Shown piece by piece: positions 38,250 to 50,431 of a DNA stretch of 64,000 nt (its first letter is position 1; every line of letters starts with the position of its first letter). Source of the DNA: Nitrospirota bacterium (lineage in GTDB: Bacteria; Nitrospirota; Thermodesulfovibrionia; Thermodesulfovibrionales; UBA9159). The stretch spans positions 133 through 64,132 of the forward strand of contig JAMCQB010000063.1 in assembly GCA_023382175.1 (NCBI GenBank), in the 5' to 3' direction. The notes under the pieces were generated by a model. The model did not search any database and was not told where the DNA came from. It saw only the letters and a program-made list of their open reading frames with translations. Position numbers and translations under genes: made by a program.

Positions 38250-39459
38250 TTGTCCCGCCAAACCCAAAGGAGTTAGAGAGCGCACATTCCACATTCCTAT
38301 ATCTCGGTTTGTGGGGAACATAATCGAGGTCACATTCCGGATCGGGATTGTCGAGGTTGATTGTGGGAGGGATTACATTATCCTGAACGCTGAGAATAGC
38401 GATCACGGTCTCTACACCTCCTGCGGCGCCGAGGAGATGTCCGGTCATGGATTTTGTGGAACTCACAGCGAGCTTATATGCGTGTTCTTTAAATACTATC
38501 TTGATGGCTGCGGTTTCCAGTTCATCGCCGTATTTTGTTGACGTCCCGTGGGCGTTGATATAATCCACCGCCTCAGGGGAAGCCCCCCCATCCTTCAGGG
38601 TCAACGCCATGCAGGATGCAGCTCCTGCGCCTTCAGGAGCCGGTGACGTGATGTGGTAAGCGTCGCTGGTCATGCCGTAGCCGGCGATCTCTGCATAGAC
38701 CTTCGCATTCCTCTTCTTCGCGTTCTCAAGGGATTCGAGAATCACGATCCCGGCCCCTTCGCCCATGACAAATCCGTCCCTGTCGCTGTCAAAGGGCCTG
38801 CTGGCGCGCTCGGGCTCTCCATTCCGGGTGGACAGGGCCTTCATTACTGCGAATCCACCGATGGCCATAGGGGTGATCACTGACTCGGCGCCTCCCGCGA
38901 TCATCACATCGGCATCACCCCTCTGGATGACCTTAAAGGCATCTCCTATGGCATGGCTTCCCGTTGCGCATGCTGTGGCTACCGCGGAATTCGGCCCCTT
39001 TGCCCCGAACTTTATGGAGACCTGCCCGGATGCGAGGTTGATGATCAGCATGGGGATAAAGAACGGGGTGATCCTCCGGTACCCTTTTTCGAGATAGGTC
39101 TTATGATAGTGCTCTATTGCGGGAAGTCCGCCCATGCCGGAGCCGATAATGACACCGACCCTCTCCGCATTCTCCGCTGTGACGGTGAGGCCTGAATCTT
39201 CCATCGCCATCGTGGAGGCAGCAACCGCGAAGTGGATGAACCGGTCCATCTTCTTCACTTCCTTGGGTTCTATATACTGGAGCGGATCAAAATCCTTTAC
39301 CTCCCCCGCAATATGGACCGGGAGGTCTGAGGAATCAAAGGTTCTGATAACACCGATCCCCGATCTCCCTTCCAGCAACGCTTCCCAGGAGGGTTTTACC
39401 CCTATCCCCAGAGGGGTGACCAGTCCTAATCCTGTGACAACGACACGACGTTTTTCCAT
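38212..39459 (-). CDS. fabF: beta-ketoacyl-ACP synthase II
   Basis: 415 aa with the active-site context [17 protein letters not shown] and GHLLGAAG. Confidence 0.93.
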   Translation of the reverse strand: MEKRRVVVTGLGLVTPLGIGVKPSWEALLEGRSGIGVIRTFDSSDLPVHIAGEVKDFDPLQYIEPKEVKKMDRFIHFAVAASTMAMEDSGLTVTAENAERVGVIIGSGMGGLPAIEHYHKTYLEKGYRRITPFFIPMLIINLASGQVSIKFGAKGPNSAVATACATGSHAIGDAFKVIQRGDADVMIAGGAESVITPMAIGGFAVMKALSTRNGEPERASRPFDSDRDGFVMGEGAGIVILESLENAKKRNAKVYAEIAGYGMTSDAYHITSPAPEGAGAASCMALTLKDGGASPEAVDYINAHGTSTKYGDELETAAIKIVFKEHAYKLAVSSTKSMTGHLLGAAGGVETVIAILSVQDNVIPPTINLDNPDPECDLDYVPHKPRYRNVECALSNSFGFGGTNACLLFKKFRDI

Positions 39460-39474
39460 GATCTTTACAAAAGC

Positions 39475-39708
39475 CTATCCCATCTTGTTCTTGATATACT
39501 CTACCGCGTCTTTCACCTTCGCGATCTTTTCGGCGTCCTCGTCCGGTATCTCTATGTTAAAGGCCTCCTCAAACGCCATGACGAGTTCCACGGTATCCAG
39601 TGAATCTGCTCCGAGGTCTTCTACAAATGATGCCTCAGGGGTCACCTCTGCGGGGTTCACCCCGAGCTGTTTTGCGATAATCTCCTTCACTTTTTCGTCA
39701 ACCATCAT
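39475..39708 (-). CDS. acpP: acyl carrier protein
   Basis: 77 aa with the [17 protein letters not shown] phosphopantetheine site. Confidence 0.95.
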   Translation of the reverse strand: MMVDEKVKEIIAKQLGVNPAEVTPEASFVEDLGADSLDTVELVMAFEEAFNIEIPDEDAEKIAKVKDAVEYIKNKMG

Positions 39709-39807
39709 TGCACCTCCATTTCATAAGTTATTTAGCCACTGAGTTACTGTGTCATAAGGAGTCAACAATCTTAATAACTTAACTACACAATGACATGCCG
39801 GCTTACA

Positions 39808-40542
39808 TTACATATACATGCCGCCGTTCACATGGACCACCTGGCCGGTGATATACCCGGTAGACGCCAGAAATGCGACGGCGTTTGCAACATCATCTAT
39901 GGTTCCGAACCTGGCCATAGGAATCGCCTTTTTCATTTCTTTCTTCACGTTCTCGGGGAGCGCATCGGTCATGGCCGTCATGATAAAGCCCGGGGCAACG
40001 GCATTCGCGGTTATCCCTCTGCTCGCATATTCCTTTGCGATCGTCTTTGTCAACCCGACAATGCCGGCCTTTGAGGCGCTGTAGTTCGCCTGTCCGGGAT
40101 TGCCCGTGAAGGCGACGACAGAGGCGATATTCACGATCCTTCCGTAGCGCTGCTTCGCCATGATCTTCACCGCCTCCTTTGAACAGAGGAACACCCCCTT
40201 CAGATTCACATTGATGACCGCGTCCCAGTCTTCCTCCTTCATCCTCAGCAGAAGGCTGTCTTTGGTTATGCCCGCATTATTGACGAGGATGTCCAGCCTC
40301 CCGAATTCCTTCACGATATCTTCAAAAGTCTGTATCACCTCCCCTGAGTGAGACACATCAAGCCGCACGGCCATGGTCCTGACACCCAGGCCTGCCACTG
40401 CGGCGGCGGTTTCCTTTGCCTCATCGAGCTGTATATCAGCGATGACGATATCAGCGCCCTTCCCGGCAAGGGCTTCCGCTATTGCCCTCCCTATGCCCCG
40501 CGCACTTCCTGTGACAAGGGCAACCTGACCTTTAAATTCCAT
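39808..40542 (-). CDS. fabG: 3-oxoacyl-ACP reductase
   Basis: The start was moved to [18 protein letters not shown], which has GGAGG 7 nt upstream. SDR motifs NNAG and YSASK are present. Confidence 0.92.
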   Translation of the reverse strand: MEFKGQVALVTGSARGIGRAIAEALAGKGADIVIADIQLDEAKETAAAVAGLGVRTMAVRLDVSHSGEVIQTFEDIVKEFGRLDILVNNAGITKDSLLLRMKEEDWDAVINVNLKGVFLCSKEAVKIMAKQRYGRIVNIASVVAFTGNPGQANYSASKAGIVGLTKTIAKEYASRGITANAVAPGFIMTAMTDALPENVKKEMKKAIPMARFGTIDDVANAVAFLASTGYITGQVVHVNGGMYM

Positions 40543-40651
40543 CTGCACACCTCCCCCTAAAAGACGGCTATCATTTTAACAGAGAAATCTTTTTATTTTC
40601 CAGTCTTTTGTGAAACTCAGAAAATCTTGTTGAAAAAGCAGGAGATAATCC

Positions 40652-40800
40652 AGCAACTCACGGTGAAATCGCAAAGGCTTGAGATTGCTTCCCCCGTATC
40701 AAGTACGGGGTCGCAATGACAAAATAAAAGTCCGTAAAGTGTCATTGCGAGGAGTCTTTATTCCGAAGCAATCCAGTCACTATTCACCGTGAATTGCTGG
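40652..40800. mobile_element. 149-bp MITE, copy 1 (fabG / synthase intergenic region)
   Basis: Terminal inverted repeats (C)AGCAACTCACGGTGAA ... TTCACCGTGAATTGCT(G). It is flanked by direct repeats (GG)AGATAATCC and (GG)AGGTAATCC. It differs from copy 2 at about 9 positions by my count. Confidence 0.8.
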
Positions 40801-40892
40801 AGGTAATCCAAAAATTTGCAATAATCAGTGGCTTTTTAGTTATAATACCCGTCAATTATAAACGAAGTACAGGCGAAAGGGGTTGAACGTTC

Positions 40893-42128
40893 ATGCGCCA
40901 CAAAGTGTATCTCATTGACGTGACCGATAGAGACGGTGTCCAGACCTCGAGAATACTGCTGCCGAAACTTTCAAAGACCATGTTGAATCTCTATCTGGAT
41001 GAAATGGGTTTTTACCAGAGCGAGATGGGCTTTCCCACGTTAAAACATGAAGTGAACTATATTAACGCCAACCTTGAACTGGTGAAGCTCGGCGCTATAA
41101 AGAGGATTCACCTGGAGGGCTGGTGCAGGGCAGTGCCTGAAGATATTGAACTGGCATTCAAGAACTGTCCGGAAATCAAACACCTGAATATTTCCATGTC
41201 GACATCAGACATCATGATTCAGGGGAAGTTCCAGGGCAGGAAGACATGGAAGGACATCATCGATTCCCTGGCGAAATCGGCGAAACTGGCAAAGGAACTG
41301 GGCGTGGAGACCCTGGGTGTTAACGCTGAGGACGCGTCCAGGACCGAACTGAGCAAGCTGATCGAGTTCGTACTGGCGGGGAAGGAAGCGGGAGCGGACA
41401 GGTTCCGGTACTGCGATACCCTTGGCGTGGACGATCCCATCACCATTTACGAGACCATAAAGGCCCTGACCCTGGCTACCAGATTTCCCATTGAGATGCA
41501 CTGCCATAATGACCTCGGCATGGCTGAGGCGGTATCCGTGGCAGGGGCTCAGGGAGCCGTAGACAGCGGGGTGGACGCCTATATTAATACCACAATCAAC
41601 GGATACGGGGAACGGGCAGGCAATTGCGACCTCGTTTCGACGATCCTTGCACTGAAGTTCTCCCATGGGCTGAAGACCAAGATCCCCCTTGATGAGCATA
41701 TTGATCTGAAAAAGGCATGGAAGATGGCAAAGTATGCATCCTATGCCTTTAATATCCCTATACCGATAAATCAGCCCGGGGTGGGGGCAAATGCCTTTGC
41801 CCACGAGTCGGGCATTCATGCCGACGGCGCTCTGAAGGACCGGCGGAGCTATGAGCTCTATGACCCCGAAGACGTGGGCAGGGGCGAGCCGGAACTCCTT
41901 GAGACAGGAAGGATCATCACCACCGGTGAATACGGCGGAGTCAAGGGCTTCAGGCATGTGTACGACAAGCTGGGGATCCATTTCAGCACTGACAATGATG
42001 CGAGGAGGATTCTGGAACTGGTCCAGTACGCGAACCTCCATACCCAGAAACCACTCACCGACGACGAACTCCGGCTCATTGCGAGTTATCCGGACGTTGT
42101 CAGGAAGATCCTCACGGTAAACCCATGA
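40893..42128 (+). CDS. HMGL-like isopropylmalate/homocitrate/citramalate synthase family protein (candidate Re-citrate synthase)
   Basis: 411 aa. [10 protein letters not shown] (a variant of DTTLRDGEQ), [11 protein letters not shown] and NGYGERAGN. The stop overlaps the start of the isocitrate dehydrogenase-like gene (ATGA). Confidence 0.7.
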   Translation: MRHKVYLIDVTDRDGVQTSRILLPKLSKTMLNLYLDEMGFYQSEMGFPTLKHEVNYINANLELVKLGAIKRIHLEGWCRAVPEDIELAFKNCPEIKHLNISMSTSDIMIQGKFQGRKTWKDIIDSLAKSAKLAKELGVETLGVNAEDASRTELSKLIEFVLAGKEAGADRFRYCDTLGVDDPITIYETIKALTLATRFPIEMHCHNDLGMAEAVSVAGAQGAVDSGVDAYINTTINGYGERAGNCDLVSTILALKFSHGLKTKIPLDEHIDLKKAWKMAKYASYAFNIPIPINQPGVGANAFAHESGIHADGALKDRRSYELYDPEDVGRGEPELLETGRIITTGEYGGVKGFRHVYDKLGIHFSTDNDARRILELVQYANLHTQKPLTDDELRLIASYPDVVRKILTVNP

Positions 42129-43204
42129 AATACACAATAACCTTGATACCGGGTGACGGCGTTGGGCCGGAAATTGCCGAGGCTACAAGACGGGTCATCG
42201 ATGCCACAGGGGTACCGATTCAATGGGAAATACAGGATGCGGGAGTGGATGTCTACGAAAAAGAAGGCACACCTCTTCCCCAGCGTGTTATCGATTCCAT
42301 CAGGAAAAATAAGATCGCCATAAAAGGACCGGTAACAACCCCTGTGGGCACCGGCTTCCGGAGCGTGAATGTCACTCTGCGACAGACCCTTGATCTTTAC
42401 TGCTGCCTGAGGCCGTGCAAGAGCTTCAAGGGGGCAAGGACGCGGTTCGATAATATCGACCTCATCATCGTGAGGGAGAATACCGAAGACCTCTACGCAG
42501 GGATTGAATTCCAGAAATCCTCCCACGATACCGCCCGTCTCATCGATTTTATAAGGGAGACGACGGGGAAAAAGATACCTCCCGATTCGGGGATAAGCAT
42601 AAAACCGATCTCGGTATCCGCCACTGAGCGCATTGTGAAGTTTGCCTTTGAATATGCAAGAAAAAACAAGCGGAAAAAGGTGACCTCGGTTCACAAGGCG
42701 AACATTATGAAGTTCTCCGACGGGCTCTTTCTTGAGGTGGCGCGGGATGTGGCAGCACGCTTTTCCGACATCGAATTTGAGGACAGGATCATCGACAATA
42801 TGTGCATGCAGCTTGTGCAGAAGCCTGAACTGTACGACGTGCTTGTGCTGCCGAACCTTTATGGTGATGTCGTGTCCGACCTGGCAGCGGGCCTCATCGG
42901 GGGTCTCGGGCTTGCGCCGGGCGCCAACATCGGGGATGAGATGGCGGTGTTCGAGCCTACCCACGGCAGTGCGCCGAAATATAAGGGCTTGAATAAGATG
43001 AATCCCATTGCTATGATATTGTCAGGAGTGATGATGCTCATTCACCTCGGCGAAACAGAAGCGGCACAGCGGCTGGAAAGAGCCGTTGCTTCCGTTATCG
43101 CAGAAGGCAGGGATGTCACCTACGATATGAAACCGACCCCGGATGACCCGACTGCTGCGACCACCTCGAGGGTTGCAGATGCCATCATCGAGAAATTAGC
43201 CTAA
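42125..43204 (+). CDS. icd: isocitrate/homoisocitrate dehydrogenase family protein (NAD-IDH-like, 359 aa)
   Basis: [25 protein letters not shown] and [25 protein letters not shown]. This is the short IDH3-like form. Substrate specificity is not determinable by eye. Confidence 0.75.
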   Translation: MKYTITLIPGDGVGPEIAEATRRVIDATGVPIQWEIQDAGVDVYEKEGTPLPQRVIDSIRKNKIAIKGPVTTPVGTGFRSVNVTLRQTLDLYCCLRPCKSFKGARTRFDNIDLIIVRENTEDLYAGIEFQKSSHDTARLIDFIRETTGKKIPPDSGISIKPISVSATERIVKFAFEYARKNKRKKVTSVHKANIMKFSDGLFLEVARDVAARFSDIEFEDRIIDNMCMQLVQKPELYDVLVLPNLYGDVVSDLAAGLIGGLGLAPGANIGDEMAVFEPTHGSAPKYKGLNKMNPIAMILSGVMMLIHLGETEAAQRLERAVASVIAEGRDVTYDMKPTPDDPTAATTSRVADAIIEKLA

Positions 43205-43250
43205 TCGCCAAGATGGAAAGCGACTGTTCACCGCAAAGGGTACCCCGTAT

Positions 43251-43337
43251 AAAATGCAAAAGGCAAAATGCACAGAGAAGAATTTCGGAATTGAGGGCTT
43301 CCGTAATTCCTAAATTGCATTTTTGCTTTTTGCATTT
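43251..43337. repeat. tandem-unit hairpin (AAATGCAAAAGG arms)
   Basis: AAAATGCAAAAGGCAAAATGCA ... TGCATTTTTGCTTTTTGCATTT, with an inner GGAATT..AATTCC hairpin. It lies between icd and the CNNM gene and ends 14 nt before that gene's ATG. Confidence 0.7.
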
Positions 43338-43351
43338 GGTCTCCGAGTTCC

Positions 43352-44653
43352 ATGTGGCTTGATATCGTTTTCATCGTACTCTTCATTTTCCTGAACGGCC
43401 TCTTTGCTGCGGCAGAGATAGCGGTGGTGGCTGCGCGGAAGAGCAGGCTGAAGCAGCTTGCGGAAGAAGGCAACAAGGCCGCGGAAATCCTCCTGAGGTT
43501 CAAAGAGGAGCCTGACAGGTTCCTTGCCACCATCCAGATCGCTATTACCCTTGCCGGTGTACTTGCATCAGCCATCGGCGGAGCCGCGGCAGTTCAGGTC
43601 TTAAAGCCTGTCATTGCTGAAATGCCCTATAAACCGATAGCCGCCTCCAGCGAGGCGATCTCCATCGGTATCGTAGCGCTGGTGATTACCTATGTTACCC
43701 TTGTCTTTGGCGAGCTCATTCCGAAATCCATAGCCCTCACTCATCCCGAAGGGGTCGGGCTGAGAATCGCGAAGCTTGTGGAAGGGTTCTCGAAGGTTGC
43801 GACCCTCTTTGTGAAGGTCCTGACCTTAAGCACCAATCTGCTCCTGAGACCCTTCGGGAGGAAGCCCTTTACCGAGAGGGCCTATGTGACAGAGGAAGAG
43901 GTGAAGATGCTCATCATGGAAGGGGGCGAGCAGGGGGTGTTTGAACCCACCGAGCAGGAACTCATTCACAGCGTGTTCGAATTTACGGACATGTCGGCAA
44001 AGGAGGTGATGGTGCCGTCCACGCGGATGGTTTCCATAAGCCTCACCATGTCGGTGGATGAGATCAAGTCCACCATTGCTGAGGAACAGTTTTCCCGTTA
44101 TCCGGTGGTGGGGAAAGACCTCAATGACATCCGGGGCATCCTCTATGCAAAGGACTTCCTGAATGCGCTGGCCCGGGGGGAAGCGGACGTGAGAAAACTG
44201 ATCAAGCCGCCGTTCTTTATCCCTGAGACAAAGAAGATAAGCAATCTTCTGAGGGAAATGCAGAGGAAGAGGATCCATATGGCTCTGGTCATCGACGAGT
44301 ACGGAGGGGTCTCCGGCCTTGTGACCATGGAGGACCTCATCGAAGAGATCGTCGGCGAGATAAGGGACGAGTATGATATCGAAAGCCCCGTAATACAGCT
44401 CAGCGACGGCACCCTTCTCATCGATGCGTCCATAAGCATAAAGGACCTGGCAGACGACTACCGGATCGAGCTCCCTGAATCCACGGAATACGATACCCTG
44501 GGCGGTTTTCTCCTTGCTACCCTCCAGAGGATTCCCCGAATCAGTGATGTGGTGGAGATCGAGGGGAAGAAGATAACCGTGTCGGAGATGGTAGGCCAGC
44601 GTATCGCAAAGGTAAAGCTGGAGAAGATTCCGGTAAAGGAATCGGAAGAGTAA
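43352..44653 (+). CDS. CNNM/HlyC-CorC family transporter-associated protein (DUF21, CBS pair, CorC_HlyC)
   Basis: 433 aa. It has N-terminal TM helices, a CBS pair region and the C-terminal GGFLLATLQRIPRISDVVEIEG pattern. Confidence 0.85.
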   Translation: MWLDIVFIVLFIFLNGLFAAAEIAVVAARKSRLKQLAEEGNKAAEILLRFKEEPDRFLATIQIAITLAGVLASAIGGAAAVQVLKPVIAEMPYKPIAASSEAISIGIVALVITYVTLVFGELIPKSIALTHPEGVGLRIAKLVEGFSKVATLFVKVLTLSTNLLLRPFGRKPFTERAYVTEEEVKMLIMEGGEQGVFEPTEQELIHSVFEFTDMSAKEVMVPSTRMVSISLTMSVDEIKSTIAEEQFSRYPVVGKDLNDIRGILYAKDFLNALARGEADVRKLIKPPFFIPETKKISNLLREMQRKRIHMALVIDEYGGVSGLVTMEDLIEEIVGEIRDEYDIESPVIQLSDGTLLIDASISIKDLADDYRIELPESTEYDTLGGFLLATLQRIPRISDVVEIEGKKITVSEMVGQRIAKVKLEKIPVKESEE

Positions 44654-44745
44654 TACTGCCCCGTCAATAGTGTGTTTCGTCTTAGTCTCGGGTGCTCAAT
44701 TATTGAATCCTGCATTGATAATGTCCTATTGTAATCTTTGTCTTG

Positions 44746-44769
44746 TCATTCCGGCTTGTCCGGAATCAT
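44746..44769. repeat. REP-like hairpin (gtcattccNgc family)
   Basis: GTCATTCCGG-cttgt-CCGGAATCA. Confidence 0.6.
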
Positions 44770-44832
44770 TCTTCGGAAAGACTCCCGAGAAGACAAGGGG
44801 GAGTAACAGAATAGTGGCAGACATTTATTCTG

Positions 44833-44879
44833 CCGGAATCAGTAAATTGATTTACTAATTCCGGTCTTTCATTTATAAT
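44833..44879 (+). promoter_or_regulatory. candidate mdh promoter overlapped by a 32-bp palindrome
   Basis: CCGGAATCAGTAAAT-tg-ATTTACTAATTCCGG (44833..44864) contains the -35-like TTTACT. After 17 nt comes TATAAT (44874..44879), then AGGTGG and the ATG at 44912. Confidence 0.4.
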
Positions 44880-44911
44880 AAGGACTCAATTTTTCAAAAA
44901 AGGTGGCTGGA

Positions 44912-45838
44912 ATGAGGAAAAAGGTATCCATTATAGGAGGAGGAAACGTAGGAGCATCTGCGGCGCAGCTCCTTGCCCATGACGGGATTGCCGATGTGGT
45001 GCTGTTCGACATCGCGGAAGGTATGCCCCAGGGGAAGGCCCTGGACATGGCTGAAGCATGCCCCCTCTGGAACTCATCAGTGTCGGTGAAGGGCACGAAC
45101 AGTTATCGTGATACTGAGAAATCCGATGTTATCGTCATCACTGCCGGCATTCCCCGAAAGCCGGGAATGAGCAGGGATGATCTCCTGAAGACCAATGCGG
45201 AGGTTGTGAAGTCCGTTGCTGCTGAGACGTCGAAGCTCTCTCCTGATGCGGTGGTGATCGTGGTGACCAATCCCATGGATGTGATGGCCTATGTGGCCTG
45301 CAAGACCTCAGGCTGCAATCATCGTAAGGTGTTGGGGATGGGCGGCATTCTGGATTCTGCGCGGTTCAGAACCTTCATCTCCTTTGAACTGGGCGTTTCT
45401 CCCAGCGATGTGGAAGCCCTTGTGATGGGGGGCCACGGGGATCAGATGGTGCCCATGCCCCGCTACACCACGATAAAAGGCGTTCCGATAACGAAGATCC
45501 TGCCGCCGGAAAAGATCGCTCCCCTCATCGAGAGGACGAGAAACGGCGGCGCCGAGATCGTGTCACTCCTTAAGACGGGAAGCGCTTATTATGCCCCTGC
45601 GGCCGCAACCTGCCAGATGATCAGGGCGATTCTCTTTGATGAAAAAAGGATTCTCCCCTGCGCTGTATATCTTGAGGGGCAGTACGGCGTCAGAGATATC
45701 TATGTCGGGGTCCCGGCTGTCCTTGGGGCCCGCGGCATCGAAAAGGTGATAGAGCTGGAATTGAATGAAGAGGAGAGGGCGGATTTCGACAGGTCTGTTT
45801 CTGCGGTAAAAGCGCTTTTAGAAAAGATTACCGTTTAA
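44912..45838 (+). CDS. mdh: malate dehydrogenase (LDH-like type)
   Basis: The start was moved to MRKKVSIIGGGNVGAS. ITAGIPRKPGMSRDDL and GGHGD are present. Confidence 0.92.
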   Translation: MRKKVSIIGGGNVGASAAQLLAHDGIADVVLFDIAEGMPQGKALDMAEACPLWNSSVSVKGTNSYRDTEKSDVIVITAGIPRKPGMSRDDLLKTNAEVVKSVAAETSKLSPDAVVIVVTNPMDVMAYVACKTSGCNHRKVLGMGGILDSARFRTFISFELGVSPSDVEALVMGGHGDQMVPMPRYTTIKGVPITKILPPEKIAPLIERTRNGGAEIVSLLKTGSAYYAPAAATCQMIRAILFDEKRILPCAVYLEGQYGVRDIYVGVPAVLGARGIEKVIELELNEEERADFDRSVSAVKALLEKITV

Positions 45839-45852
45839 CTACATAAGCAATT

Positions 45853-45954
45853 AAACCACAGAGATCACAGAGCACACAGAGAAAGACACGAAGTCTTCGA
45901 GACAAGAAATTTATTTTGTTCTTCCTCTGCGAACTCTGCGTCCTCAGTGGTAAG
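45853..45954. repeat. gene-less CACAGAG-type inverted repeat
   Basis: AAACCACAGAGATCACAGAGCACACAGAGAAAG, 35 nt, then CTTCCTCTGCGAACTCTGCGTCCTCAGTGGTAAG. The arm type is the same as in the GxxExxY cassette. Confidence 0.7.
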
Positions 45955-45975
45955 TGATTCTTAATGGGAGGAGAG

Positions 45976-46389
45976 ATGGAAAATACATTATCGATTGTAA
46001 AGCCTGACGGCGTTAAGAAGAATGTCATCGGAGAGGTTATTTCGAGGTTTGAGAAAAACGGCTTGAAGGTCTCTGCGCTGAAGATGCTCCATCTTTCGAA
46101 GAAAGAGGCGCAGAAGTTCTATGTTGTCCACAAGGAAAGGCCTTTCTATGGAAGCCTTACCGAATTCATGTCAGAAGGCCCCATCGTTGTGATGGTGCTG
46201 AGCGGCGATAATGCCATTGCAAAGGTGAGGGGAATAATGGGCTCCACCAATCCCAAGGAGGCCGCTCCCGGAACCATCAGAGCTGACTTTGCATCGGACA
46301 TTGAACGCAACATCGTCCATGGCTCTGATTCACCCCGGTCCGCCGCATACGAGATACCTTTCTTTTTCTCTTCGCTGGAGATTCTGTAG
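45976..46389 (+). CDS. ndk: nucleoside-diphosphate kinase
   Basis: The start was moved to [12 protein letters not shown], which has GGGAGGAG upstream. The NIVHGSDS active-site His is present. Confidence 0.95.
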   Translation: MENTLSIVKPDGVKKNVIGEVISRFEKNGLKVSALKMLHLSKKEAQKFYVVHKERPFYGSLTEFMSEGPIVVMVLSGDNAIAKVRGIMGSTNPKEAAPGTIRADFASDIERNIVHGSDSPRSAAYEIPFFFSSLEIL

Positions 46390-46426
46390 GAGCATATCGG
46401 CCAAAAGTTTGTATAGAGTACACCCC

Positions 46427-46575
46427 AGCAATTCACGGTGAAATCGCAAAGGTTTGAGATTGCTTCCCCCGTATCAAGTACGGGGTCGCAATGACAAAAT
46501 AAAATTTCGTAAAGTGTCATTGCGAGGAGTCTTTATTTCGAAGCAATCCCATCAATATTCGCCGTGAATTGCTGC
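46427..46575. mobile_element. 149-bp MITE, copy 2 (ndk / clpC intergenic region)
   Basis: The TIRs match copy 1 (AGCAATTCACGGTGAA ... TTCGCCGTGAATTGCT). It is flanked by the perfect 10-bp direct repeat AGTACACCCC (46417..46426 and 46576..46585). Confidence 0.85.
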
Positions 46576-46640
46576 AGTACACCCCCCCTCGGTTGACAAT
46601 CACCATGGAAAAGCATTATTATTTTTTTAGGAGGTTCACC

Positions 46641-49085
<2,445 letters not shown>

Positions 49086-49119
49086 CAGGCGTCGTATCCC
49101 CAGCATGCGCACAACCCGT

Positions 49120-49156
49120 AAAGAGTTCCCCATGGAATGGGGAACTCTTTCTTTTG
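49120..49156 (+). terminator. rho-independent terminator of clpC
   Basis: AAAGAGTTCCCCAT-gga-ATGGGGAACTCTTT, a 14-bp perfect stem followed by CTTTTG, 35 nt after the stop. Confidence 0.8.
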
Positions 49157-49287
49157 AAACGGATAGCGAGCGCATTCCCCGTAGCTTGCTGCGGGGTTAG
49201 CGAGCGAATATGACAAAGAAGAATTCATTGCGTTAAGATACCCTGTGGTCTTGCCGCAGGGTTCTTCATATTTAAGGGAGAACAAGA

Positions 49288-49818
49288 GTGAAGGCTAAAG
49301 CCATAATCATCGTCGTCATTATCCTCGCTGCCCTGATGGTCCTTCTTTTCGGTGTAAGAAAGCAGGAGACAAGGCTGCCCAAGGCTGCCATAGAGGGGCT
49401 GGCTGCTCCTGAACTTATACTCTCTGACCCGTCGGGGAAACTCCACAGTCTTTCCGAACTGAGAGGTTCTGTTGTCTTTGTGAACTTCTGGGCAACGTGG
49501 TGCCCGCCCTGCAGGGAGGAGATGCCTTCCATCCAGAACCTTTACAACCAGTTCAAGGACCAGAAGGAATTCCGCATGGTGACGATCCTTTACCGGGACG
49601 ATTATCAGAAGGCGATGGCTTACCTGAAGGAAAACAATTACGACTTTCCTGTGGTGGTGGACACCGACGAAAAGACAGCCAGGGCTTACGGGGTAACAGG
49701 AGTGCCGGAGACATACATCGTGGACAAAAAAGGCATTCTCAAACAGAAGAGGATAGGCCCCTTTGACTGGACGTCACCCCAGGCCATTTCGCTCATGTCA
49801 GACCTTGTGAGACAATAG
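49288..49818 (+). CDS. TlpA-family thiol:disulfide oxidoreductase (membrane-anchored thioredoxin-like)
   Basis: 176 aa with a signal anchor, WATWCPPCREEMP and GVTGVPETYIVD. GTG start. Confidence 0.85.
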   Translation: MKAKAIIIVVIILAALMVLLFGVRKQETRLPKAAIEGLAAPELILSDPSGKLHSLSELRGSVVFVNFWATWCPPCREEMPSIQNLYNQFKDQKEFRMVTILYRDDYQKAMAYLKENNYDFPVVVDTDEKTARAYGVTGVPETYIVDKKGILKQKRIGPFDWTSPQAISLMSDLVRQ

Positions 49819-49828
49819 CCCCTCCGCG

Positions 49829-50344
49829 ATGAGAAAGCCTTCTCCCCCTGAACCTGTCCTCCTCTTTACAGCAACGCTTTACCATGATGAAGAATGCTTC
49901 TCTGCTGCCCGGGAAGGACTTCACAAATGCTTCGGAGAAATAGTTATGGAGAGCCAACCCCTGCCGTGGGAGTATTCCGATTATTATACGGAGGAACTCG
50001 GCTCGCCGATCCAGAGGAAATTTCTCTTTTTCAGGAATATGATCAATCGCGAAAACCTCTCCGATATCAAGCTCGCAACAAATGAGATAGAAGAGCGGTT
50101 ATCAACAGGGGGGAAGAGGAACATCAATCTTGATCCCGGGTATCTTACTCCCTACAATGTGATCCTTGCGTCCACCAAGAATTATTCCCACCGGATTTAT
50201 ATCGGCAAGGGAATCTTCGCCGAGGTTACCCTTATTTACAAAGAGAAAGACCACAGATACCAGCCCCATCTGTTTACCTACCGGGACTATGCAAGCGATG
50301 GATATGCAGAAATTTTTTCTCGGGCAAGGAAGTTGCTGAAATAA
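49829..50344 (+). CDS. DUF4416 family protein
   Basis: 171 aa. The pattern W.YSDYYTEELG...RKFLFF...NINLDPGYLT...ILASTKNYSHRIY...FTYRDY matches my recollection of DUF4416. Confidence 0.65.
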   Translation: MRKPSPPEPVLLFTATLYHDEECFSAAREGLHKCFGEIVMESQPLPWEYSDYYTEELGSPIQRKFLFFRNMINRENLSDIKLATNEIEERLSTGGKRNINLDPGYLTPYNVILASTKNYSHRIYIGKGIFAEVTLIYKEKDHRYQPHLFTYRDYASDGYAEIFSRARKLLK

Positions 50345-50431
50345 AGATCCGCTCCGAAGAACACGCCCTTGCGAGTTGCATGGAATGATTATAGCAAAAA
50401 GGTCAGAGATGTTGAGAACTATACAATTTCT

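Noticed and set aside
44670-44858. 62-aa ORF between the CNNM gene and mdh. Similar ORFs occur at 45828..46028, 43228..43575 and 46533..46736.
   Set aside because: They are translations of REP, hairpin or MITE repeats (e.g. VIPACPESFFG from gtcattccgg..ccggaat). They have no RBS and no plausible fold.
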